Positions 1 to 12,209 are shown, counted from the first letter of the stretch. The stretch: DNA of 64,000 bases from Octopus sinensis (GCF_006345805.1 NC_043005.1:48980001-49044000), one strand, 5' to 3'. Translations and numbers: made by a program. Notes: generated from the letters alone by a model not told the origin.

Positions 1-604
1 GAGCACTAGGCCACTTGGTGTTGAATGGATATACTATTAAATTAGTATCTAATTCTCTCACCCTTATTAATTAATTATAATTATGCTGCATTTATTTCTA
101 AATGCTGTATTTGTTTTCCGTGAGAGTTTGGCGCGCTGTTAGTTGGGGCATTTGAATTATAACGTCGGATGTAATCAATTGAACCACACGCGTATTTATC
201 GTTATGGTAAAATCTGGCGTGTGATTGAGTGGATTTCATCCAGATAGTTTTGGCCGATGAGCTACAAGTGGATTTTTTTGTAAGTAAAATTACATTTAAT
301 TCATTAATAGCGAAACAATTGTCCCAAAATAATCTGTATTTTTGTTATTCTTTATTTGCCCTGTCCGTGTGAGCTAACAATCGTACTGACTTTCACGGGA
401 AGCATGTATTTTTAGTGGTTGAAACCTTTTGATTAACTGGTGCTAGAGTGAGCCATATAGTGACCACTCTCTTATATTTATTTTGTAAAAATATTATAAT
501 ATATTATAAAATATTATAATAATCCAGGTTCTCGGAGCACTAGGCCACTTGGTGTTGAATGGATATACTATTAAATTAGTATCTAATTCTCTCACCCTTA
601 TTAA

Positions 605-613
<9 letters not shown>
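1..613. repeat. 534-bp-period direct repeat unit, Penelope pLTR/retrozyme-like; second copy truncated at (TA)n
   Basis: 1-79 (gagcactaggccacttggtg...ttaattata) recurs at 535-613; the unit contains a hammerhead motif and ends in a (TA)n tract. Confidence 0.6.
241..336 (+). ncRNA. Type I hammerhead ribozyme (core variant CCGAUGA)
   Basis: Stem I 241-253 pairs with 324-336 (12/13 including one G-U); core ccgatga 254-260; stem II gcta 261-264 with tagc 308-311; GAAA 312-315; palindromic stem III caattg 316-321; GUC cleavage triplet 321-323. Confidence 0.7.
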
Positions 614-655
<42 letters not shown>

Positions 656-869
656 ATACACAACATACATACATATATATACATATATGTATGTACACAT
701 ACATATATCGGTACGCCTGGCAAACAGTGATGTTTAAGCTGCATGCGGATTGGTCAAAAAGGTATTCTAAAAATTCAGCTTGTTGGAGCGCTTCAAGAGG
801 TACTTAAGTTGTCAAGAACTCAACTGTCAGTTAAACACAATTGAAATCTGATGATTATACAATATATGA

Positions 870-1682
870 AAGCGCTAATTTAATTTTATGAGCCTAACAA
901 AATATTGGCATTACTAAGCTCTACAGAAATACGCTGCAGGTGATGACAGATGGCCTATACAGTTCGGACGCGAAATCAAGTCTGCGGATTAGCTCTTAAA
1001 AAAACAAGTAACGCGAATTGGTGAAACCCAAGCAAAATTTATCAATCTTGGACAAGACGAAATCGTGCACGTCGATAATTTAAGATACCTCGGAAGCTGT
1101 ATTTTCAATGGGTAATGTAGAAGTTGAAGTCAAAACCAGTATAAGTAAGGCAACGTAATATTCCAGCGCCTTTCTCCAATATGGAGATCGAAGGCCATCA
1201 GTAAGAAGATAAAGCTGCAGTGATACTCATCTATTTTTATATCAACAACCCGAAATCTGGAAGAAAACAGCGTATATATCTCTCAACTGCCGGACGTGTT
1301 CAATCGATGCTGCCTACGTTCAATCCCTAGCATCTATCTCTTACCGAGACAGAATGAGAAACGAAGAAGTGATGAGAAGAGCTGGCATGGGAAATTTATA
1401 GGATGTGGTGACTAAGCCATAGATATAGTTTACTAGCCATTTGCTTTGATTACCGCAGGAAAGACATGCTGCCCTCGTGATGGAGTAGACGCCGGAAATA
1501 AAGAAAAAGACAGAGAAGAAGACCATGGAAGACGTGGAGCAGTATATTCAGCAATGGCATGGTAGCGATGGGAGTCGGCCAGGGTAGCGCTAAGTGGAAA
1601 CTGAACAATCGGGATGTTTGGGGAAGACTGGTTTCCCATTGTGCTGACAGCATTGGAGGATCTAAGAGTTAAGAACTAAGAG
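870..1682 (+). mobile_element. RTE-clade LINE, degenerate 3' part
   Basis: Frameshifted peptides EIVHVDN(F)RYLGS, FQRLSPIWRSKAISKKIKL, DVFNRCCLRSI, RDRMRNEEVMRRAG; short tandem tail taagagttaagaactaagag. Confidence 0.8.
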
Positions 1683-1699
1683 GGCTCAGATAACATCAC

Positions 1700-4300
1700 A
1701 AATAGGAGAATAGCAAATAAGGGAATATCTTTGGTATGGATAGCGAAATGAGAACAATCTGTCCCCGTGGATTAAAATAAGGGTTTGATTCGAAATTCCG
1801 AGCACATAACCAAATACGATACGCACTTGAAAGAGACTGAAAAAAACAACAACTGAAACGTTATGACTAGAGAAATCCAGGCGAAAACCCCAGTTTGAAT
1901 TTGTCCGGATAATTATAAGAATTTCTCATTTCAGAAATCCAGAGAAAGACTATCATTTTAAGTAGCATGTAAATCTATAGAAAAGATTAAGGAAATTAAA
2001 AAGGTAGATTCTGCAAGTATTTGTGAAATTAACATAGAAATATTACAATGATCAATTTGAAAATAATGCTTACGTTAGAATACAAGTCGACACTGGTATT
2101 TAGAGTTTCTGGATAGATTTGAAATAATCAAAAGAATGCGTAACCAAAGGCTAAAATAATTTGATGAGTCATATATTGAACTTTTAAGAAAATATTATAA
2201 GAAAATAGTTGTTGAATATAAAAAAAATAAACAATTCATTACTTGATTGATATAGGTATGATGATTGTCGAGAGTTAAACATTAATTCATGAGATGGAAA
2301 CTCCAGGACAATTTGGAAGAGCAATAGGTTTTAAGGCTTACACTCAAAGAAAATATTGGGTCGTGTTATTTTGAGACAAGATCCTTACCAATACGCATTA
2401 AATCATTCGTATTAACGAAGCTGAGGAAACTAATTAAGGACGATCCTCCGAAAGAAGTTCCTCCTGAATGAAGTTAATGGGCCTCTCCTTTGATAGTTGA
2501 GCGAAAGATGGATGGAGATTTCGGAATACGAGTAGACTGTAAATCAGGTATAAATGAAAGAATTTATTCAAATTCTTATCCAACTCCAAATATTGAATAG
2601 ACATTTCGTCCTCTTTGTGGCATGAATTATTTCGCCATTCTGGGTTTAAAGGAGACATGTAATCAAATACAAATGTGTTCTGAAGCAAGAGAAGTTACAT
2701 GGATCAATACACTTATGTGTCTTTTAAGACAGACATGTCTTCAATATGAAATTAAAACAGCTAGTGCTAGATTTCGGAAAGCAACTGAATATGCTATTGG
2801 AAATAACATTGATAATGTTATTATTTATCAAGATGATGTATTTATGGTTGTAAAACTATTGTAAATCTACAGATCGAAGTCGGTAAAACCATAAAAAGTT
2901 CGCAATTATCAAACATGGTGATCAATCGCGTTCTAATGTCAGGCTGGTGAATTGTCTCTTGAGACTATATAGCTGGGCAAAAGAAAGTATATCTTCGTTT
3001 AGTAGTGAGAATTATGGATGCAAAAGCGACAAGGAACAAGAAGTAATTAGAATAATTTTTGGGACTTGTTAAGATTTATTATCGTTATTCAGGCCACATA
3101 TCAGTTTGCATCATTTCGTGAACGAAGTGTCTCGTTTTCATGAGAAGTCGGACAAGAAAGGGATTTGAGTTTATCAAAGTCAGTAGTCAATATTTATGAT
3201 GCTTCAAAAGAAGTTACCTTAACAACTGGTGAAAGAGCTATATTAGGAATACTTTCACAAGATCGACGTCTTGCACTATATTTATCAAGAGCAAATATAA
3301 CAACAGCTGAAGCAAGATATTCAATTATTAAAAGGTTAAGACTTGTCAATAGCAGGGTGTACTAAAAAAACACATTTTTAGCATGGTCTTGGATCATTGA
3401 CCAGTAAAATCTATTTTGGTGAAAAATTGGGTTTTACCGAAAGTAATATGTGCATGTGTTTCAAGATGGACCTTAAAAATAACAACATTCCATTATAAAG
3501 TATCTCAGTTACAGATAGTACATGTTGATGCATTATCACGACTAGAATTTATTAATTATCCTGGTTTAGATGAGTACAATAAATGGTCATGATGATTCCA
3601 ATATATATATTGTTGAAACTGATATTATAAGACGTGAAAATATTAAGTTGGGGATTGCCAATGCTAATATTTTGTCTGGTTTATTAAACATTGTTTTAAA
3701 AATTAGAGCCATCGTTTTGTTATTGAAAGGCTATTTCAATTATTGGAAAATAAATTGCTAGATGAAGATGGTATATTGTGCGATAGAAAATTAATTGTTC
3801 CATCAACCTGTATGGCAACATTAATGATAAAAAAGAAACTGTTGCTCAACGACAAAGAAGTGTTAGAAATTATAAGTATGGTGACTAGGTTACTGCGAAG
3901 ACGTGGCATGATACATAAAATGTACTCCATGACTCACACAAACACAATATAGATAAGGCCTAAAGAAATTAAAGTAAAGAAACGTGTGCGTACGGACCAG
4001 ATTTCATTCCAGAATTAATAACAGTTCTTAATACTTGATGAATACTTTGAGTTGCAGCAAGTCACAAGGATTAAAAATAAAGTAGCAATAACTGTATTGA
4101 GAACTGTAAGTAGTAGTCTATAAACACTATGGCCGACAATGCTTGTATGTTCTGCAACAGGGACATTGTAATTTTGCAATAAGCAAATATGGCTTGATAA
4201 GATCGGATGTAAAGTTGCATAAAACTCCATATCATCCAGAATCAAATGGTCGCATAAGTTAAAATGACTGTAAAAGTATATTCATCAAGTAACAATTTCA
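1700..4300 (+). mobile_element. Ty3/Gypsy LTR retrotransposon pol remnant (RT, RNase H, integrase); no LTRs seen
   Basis: ORF 2622-2864 carries INT..LL....LQYEIKTASARF...IIYQDDV (RT); 3165-3365 DAS...AILGILSQ...LYLSR..T.AEARYS (RNase H); 3743-3952 EDGILCDRKLIVP; many stops and frameshifts. Confidence 0.85.
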
Positions 4301-4362
4301 ATACCATTAATGTGCATTTGTGTCCCGTGCTTTTGTATTACCGGACAATTCTTCATTTAGAA

Positions 4363-4710
4363 CAGTGGTTCTCAACCGTGATTCATATGGCCTCTGAGAG
4401 TCCATATAAGATGGGGAGATCCATTGCAACAAAATAGTAAACTGGGGATCAACGGTAGTATTTTAAGGGTACCTGAAAAAATATTTTTTTAGGTGTACGT
4501 GTTGATATTTATTGAAAGAAACAGGCGGGTTTCTTTCTCTAACATTTTACATAGTTCAACCTACACAAGTTAATGCATGATAAACAAAATAGGAATTTTG
4601 AAAGAAGTATCTATAAAACTAGTTTATAAACACAGAATGGCTATGAGGGTCCACCAGAATAAAATAATAAACAAAGAGGTCCATGGATAAAAAATGGTTG
4701 AAAATCCCTG
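4363..4710. mobile_element. hAT-type MITE
   Basis: TIR cagtggttctcaacc / ggttgaaaatccctg; 8-bp TSD atttagaa / gtttagaa. Confidence 0.8.
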
Positions 4711-5135
4711 GTTTAGAAAGATTTCTTAGTTCATCTGCTTTGATGAGCAGACTGATAACCAAAAAAAAAATGCCTTATGAAACAATAGCTTCAATTTAGT
4801 AACGATACGGAAATATACAAAAGAACGATAAACCAAAGAAAGCTCTATTTATATTTTAAACATGAACATAATACAGCTATGACTCTTCTGAATGAATAAT
4901 ATATTGAAGCTCATATACAGATCAAATAAACAACGACACATTTGATGATGAACAAAATACAGTGAGAGTCCTTCAAGATTTCAATGACATCCAATAATCT
5001 GTTAATAAACATTGCAGATTTGACACCTGATGCAGGAAGAAACATCACAAATTATATTAGAAGTTCTTCTCGAATAATAACAGGAACAAAACCAAATAGT
5101 TTCCAGAAAATATGATATACAATTATGCTAATATT

Positions 5136-5723
5136 GGTTTCAAATTTGGCACAAGGTCAGCAATTTTTGGAGAGGGTTTAAGTCAATTACATCAACTCCA
5201 GCACTCTACTGGTACTTATTTTATCGACCCCAAAAGGAATGAAAGGCGAAGTGAACCTCCGCGGAATTTGAACTCAGAACGTAAGGACGGACGAAATGCC
5301 TATTTCTTTACTAAACACAGAGGGGACGAACAAGGAAAGACAAGGGGCTAAACACAGAGGGGACGAACAGAGACAGACAAATGGATTTAGTCGATTATAT
5401 CGACCCCAGTGCGTAACTGGTACTTATTTAATCGACCCCGAAAGGATGAAAGGCAAAGTCCACCTCGGCGGAATTTGAACTCAGAACGTAGCGGCAGACG
5501 AAATGCCTATTTCTTTACTACCCACAAGGGGACAAACAAGGACAGACAAACGGATTAAGTCGATTATATCGACCCCAGTGCATAACTGGTACTTATTTAA
5601 TCGACCCCGAAAAGATGAAAGGCAAAGTCGACCTCGGCGGAATTTGAACTCAGATCGTAACGTCAGACGAAATACGGCTACGCATTTCGCCCGGCGTGCT
5701 AACGTTTCTGCCAACTCGTCACC
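5136..5723 (-). mobile_element. tRNA-derived SINE family A, head plus two headless tandem units
   Basis: Three copies of the core cgaccccgaaaggatgaaaggcaaagtcgacctcggcggaatttgaactcaga; head with A/B boxes at the right end. Confidence 0.9.
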
Positions 5724-6175
5724 TTCTGTTATGCTAATGTTAATGCTTGACACAATCTCACACAATCAATCGTGCAACAATGACTTATGGTATTTAGCTC
5801 CCTCATTTGAGCTTCTGGGTTCAAACTTCGCTGTGGTGAACTTTAATTTTTATCCTTCTAGAGGCGATAAAATGAAATAGTGAGTCAATGTTAAAGACTG
5901 TTTTTCCCCCACCAAAATATATGATATTGTGCCTATCTCAGAAAATATTAATCTGCACCCTACCGTTTGAAAGCGACTGACTTAAACCTTTCACAGCAGA
6001 AATCAGACGCATTCACACAGAATTTCGTTACTCTTAACAACGGAAAGCCATTTTATACACTTGCCTATCTTTTGTTGAGCAATATGATGTTTGAAACTAC
6101 TGTTGTTGAGATAGGTCAAGTTTATTGAGGAAACATGACTTGGAGAAAATACCTATTCTATTGTTTGGTAAGATA

Positions 6176-6335
6176 TTCTTTTACTTGTTTAAGTCATTTG
6201 ACTGTGGCCATGCTGGAGCACCGCCTTTAGTCGAGCAAATCGACCCCAAAACTTATTCTTTGTAAGCCTGGTACTTATTCTATCGGTCTATTTTGCCGAA
6301 CCGCTAAGTTACGGGGACGTAAACACACCAGCATA
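6176..6335 (-). mobile_element. SINE family B, 3' half
   Basis: cttttacttgttt.agtcatttgactgtggccatgctggagcaccgcc...gacgtaaacacaccagc matches the other B copies. Confidence 0.85.
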
Positions 6336-6336
6336 A

Positions 6337-7150
6337 TTGTTGTTGTTGTTGTTGGGGCAATGCCTGGGCCTTCTTTAGTCCTCCTAGACATGCCAGATCG
6401 ATGCGATTAATTTTTTTTTTTTTTTTGACAGTTGCAGATAGTGAATTTTAGAGAGTCAATGTTCGGCACAGGAAGGAATGGATGCAGTAGTTAATGCCCA
6501 CCATGGGTAGTGTTGCATATAATATGAGTGGAGAAATAAATGAATTTGAAGCGACTAGATGTGATACGAGATTGAGCCATTCCGAGAAGTCAAAGAGAGA
6601 AGACTGTATATTTGTGGACTAGAGATTGGAATGTAATTGCGAGAGATTTTATATCAGACAATCGAGTGACCTTTCCTTAGATGTGATCGGGGATGTCTAC
6701 GTATGTAGCAACAGCACCATCCCATGTATGGATGCAATATTCTGTTGTGAGTATCGGTTGAAAAAGGCTAAAGTATATTCTGGTCCTGAAGAGAAAGGTT
6801 AGTCTTTGTAGAGGTGACTTTAATGAAACTAATGGTCTGGGAAGTGATAGTTTTGGAGGAGATTTACGTAGTGTGCAGATTTACGTAGTGTGGAGTTGGA
6901 TACAAAGCGAGTGGGAAATCTAGAGATTTTTTTCCTGCAGGAGTACTGCTTACGGAACCATCATGCTTGAGAAGAAGCGTGAAGGATAGTTCCACGAAAA
7001 TGGAAGCGATCTTTTGATAAGGGATCAAAACGATCGGCTGCAACTCCGTAGGAAAGAGGACTTGCAGTCTGTGTTATGCATTACGGCATCCTTTACATTT
7101 TGGATGATGGTCTTATTGGAGTAGCTGTGTTGTGTAAAAGCCGTCCAGTT
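6337..7150 (-). mobile_element. CR1-group (Crack-like) LINE 3' remnant
   Basis: Minus-strand PILT...TWDGA and YCIHSFLCRT motifs typical of CR1-group C-termini; (AAC)n tail. Confidence 0.55.
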
Positions 7151-7904
7151 TGTAGGATGGTGTTATTTCAGCGTGTTTCGGTTAAATGTAACAGCGAGTT
7201 CATTAATGTATAGAATACATTGAGGGACACAAAAGATGATTAAATCTAGGTCATCAATACTAGAAGGAGGTTTTGAAAAACGAAGCAAGAAAGGAGAAAG
7301 GGGGAGGACAAAAGAACAAAAAAGAATGAGGATGATATATGGTAATGATTTGTGTAGAAACTGGGAAAGCTGGGATCGATACAGTTTCAGTAAAATAGAG
7401 GATGGTTATTATGATGAGGTGAAATAATTAGGCAGACCATCAACTAATTCTGATTAGTTTTTGGCGAAAATATTTGAAGAACCAAAACAAACCGAACGAG
7501 TGATGCCAAGATAAATTAAATATTAAACTGACCCCAGTAGTAAAAGGTGAAAATTGGAAAACACTTCTCAGAGACAAAGTGTAGGTGGTAATTTGTTAAT
7601 CAAATTTATGAATATAAAATGACCGCATAAATATAGCAAAAATACTGTGGGTTCTTTGTTTTGTTTTGTTTTTGAATTTTTTTGTTTGATTTTGTTTTGT
7701 TTTTGTTTGTTTTTGTTGCTGTTTTTGTTTGTTTTTGTTTCTGTTTTGTTTTGTTTTTGCCCTCCAGCATTGATAAAACAAATTCCAGTCACACGATAAG
7801 TTGCCAGAAAATCTGGTACGTGACCAGGTTTCGATTCTTAGCTGAAGACAATTTTGTTTCCTTAATGTGTTAATAATTTTGTAGAAGTTTCAACATCACA
7901 AAAT

Positions 7905-8095
7905 ATATCTCATCAATCGTTAGCACACTGGGCAAATTGCTTAGCGGCATTTCGTCCTCCTTTACATTCTGAGTTCAAATTCCGCTGTGGTTCGTTTTGC
8001 CTTTCGTCCCTTTCCAGATCGATAGGACAAGTACCAGTTAGCAATGGGGTCAATGTAATTGACTTAACCCATTTCACAAAATTGCTGGCCTTTAG
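7905..8095 (+). mobile_element. SINE family A, diverged
   Basis: aatcgttagcacactgggc...ctgagttcaaattccgctgtgg. Confidence 0.7.
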
Positions 8096-8172
8096 CCAAA
8101 CTTTTAAATCAATACATTTAATGTTTGATGTGCAGTCATAATAAATCACTGTTATTATTTTATACAAGCATG

Positions 8173-8435
8173 CAGTGGCGGCGCGTAGATAAAATTAGTG
8201 GGGGCGCTGCTTCAGAAATTTTTTAGCCGTTGTTTTAATATTGTGAAATAGACATAAAAAGAATATTTTATACATAAATTTGGTTGGCTCGCGTTTTAGC
8301 CACAACTGAGTGGTGTGTTTAATTTGTTCACAGAACACCGCTGCGAATTCCCCCTTGCTTTTCAAAAATCCCCGCTAAATCACAAAATAAGGGGAGAAAA
8401 TCTACCCTATTTTTCAAATCCTGGCAGCTACACTG
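8173..8435. mobile_element. Possible MITE
   Basis: Imperfect TIR cagtggcggc / gcagctacactg. Confidence 0.35.
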
Positions 8436-8486
8436 AAGTCGGAAGCAGGATAATAATTTAATTCTACACTTTATACATTCAAGAAA

Positions 8487-8858
8487 GGCGGCGAGCTGGC
8501 AAAAACGTTAGCACGCCGGGTGAAATGCTTCGTCTGCCGTTACGTTCTGAGTTCAAATTCCACCAAGGTCGACTTTGCCTTTCATCCTTTCGGGGTCGAT
8601 AAATTAAGTACCAGTTACGCACTGGGGTCGATATAATCGACTTAATCCGTTTGTCTGTCCTTGTTTGTCTTCTCTGTGTGGGTAGTAAAGAAATAGGTAT
8701 TTTGTCTGTCTTAAGGCTCTGAGCTCAAATTCCGCCGAGGTCCACTTCGCCTTTCATCCTTTCGGGGTCGATAAATTAAGTACCAGCTGCGTACTGAGGT
8801 CGATCTAATCGACTAGCACCCTCCCCAAAAACTTCGAGCATTGTGCCTAGAGTAGAAG
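8487..8858 (+). mobile_element. SINE family A dimer
   Basis: Head ggcggcgagctggc; second core unit joined at gaaataggtattttgtc. Confidence 0.9.
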
Positions 8859-9281
8859 TTTATACATTGAAGAATATAAACACGTTTTTAAGCACAATAC
8901 ACGCGGTGACAAAAAGAAACATTACCTGCGAGAACGACAGTGTTCTTTTTCTCTAACGTGAAACTAACGTGAAACTGGAACTGTGAAGCGCACAGTTCTA
9001 TACAAAGATTTTTGTATTTTTTTTTTTTTCATAAACTAAGGGATGGCTACTGACATTAAACTTAAGGATTATATAATGTACAAGTATAAAGATAGAATTA
9101 ACGAAAAAAGGACTCATTATATTGAATGTTATCGATAATATCGAGTGGAAATAAGGGTGCTGCAGTTCTGCAGTACCTATACAAAGAGCCACCACTGCAA
9201 GCGTGATTGATGGAATCAACTTCTTTATTCTTTCTAATCAAAGAAACTTATCTATGAGCGGTTATAGTTTATCTTCAACGT

Positions 9282-9464
9282 AAGAGATAGGTGTAGCTTT
9301 ATGGTGAGAAGTTTGCTTCGAAGCTATATGGTTCCAAGGTTTCGATTCCAAACCGTGACACCTTGGGAAAGTGTCTTCTACTATAGCCCCAGGCCGACCA
9401 AAGCCTTGTGGGGGAATTTGGTAGATGGCAACTACGAAGAAGCCCATCGTGTGTGTGTGTGTGA

Positions 9465-9542
<78 letters not shown>

Positions 9543-10185
9543 ATGCAAGCATGTATGTATGCATGCGTACATGTATGTATACATATATACGTGTGTGTAC
9601 GTGTGTATACACACACACACATAAAGATATATTAATATTTTATATGCATAGAATAATATGTTATATGTATGTATGTATGTTATTATAATTATTAGTTTAA
9701 TAAATAAATAAGTTAACATTTTTAATGTCCAAAAGTTGATGAACCACCTATTGTTCCCCTCCATTTTCTTTTTTGCAATATAAATTAATGGTAAAATATC
9801 TCTTTACCTTCACCCATTTAGTACACTAGGTAATGTAATTGCAATGCAATAAAAAAAAACACTTGTGTATTAATAATTGGGTATTCTACCAACTGTATAT
9901 TAGATAGATATTATCCCTTAGTGGGTTGGACTCACAACCCCTAACTTTCTTGGAGTTAATATATATCTATATATTTTTGTGTGTTTTTGTGTTTGTCCCC
10001 CGCCACCGCTTAACAACTGATGTTGATGTGTTTACGTCTCCGTAACTTAGCTGTTCCGAAAACAAAAGACCGATAGAATAACTATCAGGCTTTAAAACAA
10101 GTAGTGGCGTCGATTTATTCGACTAAACTCTTCAAGGCGGTACCCCCAGCATGGCCACAGGCCAATGACTGAAACAAATAAACGA
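9282..10185 (+). mobile_element. SINE family B split by an expanded microsatellite and an inserted family-H fragment
   Basis: 5' half ~9282-9470; 3' half ~9965-10185; foreign 9720-9950 between them. Confidence 0.75.
9720..9950. repeat. Interspersed repeat family H (pLTR-like)
   Basis: Homologous to 47135-47350 (aagttgatga...cctccattttctt...ccttcaccca...tagtgggtt..actca.aacccct). Confidence 0.6.
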
Positions 10186-10281
10186 TATGAACGCATAGAA
10201 TTGATCTCTTGTTGCCTTTTCTATATCCATAGGAAAGAAGATTTCAAGTCTATTTGTTAATTACACAGCAGCTATAGAACC

Positions 10282-10695
10282 TATTTCTTTATTACCCACA
10301 AGGGGCTAAACATAGAGGGGACAAACATGGACAGACATAGGTATTAAGTCGATTATATCGACCCCAATACTTAACTGGTACTTAATTTATCGACCCCGAA
10401 AGGATGAAAGGCAAAGTCGACCTCGGCGGAATTTGAACTCACAACGTAACGGCAGCCGAAATACCTATTTCTATTTCTTTACTACCCACAGGGGGCTAAA
10501 CACAGAGGGGGACAAACATGGACAGACATAGGTATTAAGTCGATTACATCGACCCCAGTGCGTAACTGGTACTTAATTTATCGACCCCGAAAGGATGAAA
10601 GGCAAAGTCGACCTCGGCGGAATTTGAACTCACAACGTAACGGCAGCCGAAATACCGCCCAGCGTGCTAACGTTTCTGCCAGCTCGCCGCCTTCT
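10282..10695 (-). mobile_element. SINE family A dimer with TSD
   Basis: 14-bp TSD gcagctatagaacc at 10268-10281 and 10696-10709. Confidence 0.95.
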
Positions 10696-11068
10696 GCAGC
10701 TATAGAACCATTTACTCTTAATTACTAGGGTTGCAAGGCAGCTTTGTTTATGAATAAATAACTATACGGAGTAAAATTTTTTTTTTTTTTGCTTACCCTC
10801 AGTAAAATCTGGTCTCACGGCGACCTTTACGACAGTTTTGGACGAAATTCAAAATGACCGGTTCTATTTTTATTCAACAATTTTACTGATTTCCGCTTCT
10901 CAAGATACTTCGCGATAATAGCAGAAGGCTATTTATTAAAAAGCAAATAAGAATGTGCCTTGATATTACTCATCTATAATATAATTCCGCCACGGACATC
11001 GTATATAACGCTTAACAACTATACAATGATATCGAAGACCTAAACTATATGACAAAACATTTATAGTA

Positions 11069-12023
11069 CAGTTGAGAATCCCTAATCCAAAATTCCTGGG
11101 CCCGTAAGTGTAAAGATTTGGGAACTTTTCGGATTTCGGAATATTTATATATTTCTATCTTTAAAATAGAATAGCTTGGAGATGGAACCCAAAGCTAAAC
11201 ACAGCATTTTTTTACATTTCGTAAAATAGCTTAGACATATACCATGGATGTAATTTTATTAATTTTTTATCAATTTTTAATTCATAATACCATCAGAAAG
11301 GTAAGATAACAGTCTCCATCGACAATATCATGTTTTGATTACAAGTTTGCAGTACTCATACGATTTTTGTTGTTTGTTTTTCTTTTTTTATATTGCACTG
11401 TACAGATATTATGTTTTATGTAAGATATAAAACTACAGCATTGATTATGATTAATAAATAATAAAATAAATGCGCCCTTTTAAAGCCTAGCCAGGCTCAT
11501 GGGCCCGGTTTCCCGGTTTCTATGGCGTATGTATTCCCTAGCTGGACGTGACGCCAGTCCATCGCAGCGTTACTCATTTTTGCCAGCTGAGTGTACTGGA
11601 GCAACGTGAAATGAAGTGTTTTGCTCAAGAACACAACACGTCGCCCGGTCCAGGAATCGAAACCATAATCTTACGATCATGATGTTGACACCCTAACCAC
11701 TAAGCCACGGGCTTCCACATGATTATGATTAATAGCGTGTAAAATTAAAACTGAAGAAAAAGTCAGCTTTTCTTTTTAAAGTAGTGTACAAGTAATGATG
11801 CTAGCCGTGTTACATTTGTACATGGAGATAAAATTAAGATCCCACGTAAAAAAAACATTTTGTGCTTACTGTACAAAAGCAAAACATGATGATCCTACTT
11901 ATAGAATCATGTCATCACGGTGCACGAAAGCTGGACTTGATGGAACTTCCAAATATTTTATGGAATTTCTATTTGTGGCGTGTTATTCGGATTCAGGAAT
12001 TTCGGATAAAGGATTTTCAACTG
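11069..12023. mobile_element. Non-autonomous pogo/Tigger-type DNA transposon resembling Tigger4/MER46
   Basis: TA + TIR cagttgagaatccctaatcc / ggataaaggattttcaactg; internal gaatattt...ttggagatggaacccaaagctaaacac resembles the MER46 consensus as recalled. Confidence 0.7.
11457..11719 (-). mobile_element. tRNA-derived SINE family D inserted in the Tigger-like element
   Basis: 15-bp TSD tgattatgattaata (11442-11456, 11720-11734); A/B boxes gcttagtggttagg / gtttcgattcc on the minus strand. Confidence 0.9.
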
Positions 12024-12173
12024 TGTTCATACGACTGATAAGGTTGATCGATGTAAAACATTAACACATACATACACACATAGTTCAAATTTACAGAAAG
12101 CAAAAGACGAAAACAGGTGAGGGGACAACATGCAGGTGTGTATTAATTTGACGCTCGGGAAGAATGGAAAAGT

Positions 12174-12209
12174 CTTTGATGTTTCAAGCCTCCGCTCTTC
12201 GACAGAAAG
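12174..12209 (-). ncRNA. Degenerate minimal hammerhead motif of the Penelope type
   Basis: Minus strand cttt-ctgtcga-a-gagc-ggag-gctt-gaaa-ca-tc-aaag fits the CUGANGA-A-stem-GAAA-CG-UC layout with 2-3 substitutions. Confidence 0.45.

Noticed and set aside
6116-6168. Peptide SSLLRKHDLEKIPILLF before a gtaaga donor, resembling the ARF/ARL segment before NKxD
   Set aside because: The acceptor is weak, there is a stop two codons upstream, and no other GTPase motifs were found in the window.
8998-9250. Hydrophobic minus-strand ORF (IPSITLAVVALCIGTAELQHPY...)
   Set aside because: No recognisable family; T-rich DNA yields hydrophobic frames by chance; splice sites are ambiguous.
10797-10928. Segment with splice-like signals on both strands
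   Set aside because: All minus frames contain stops; plus frames are short and have no good donor.
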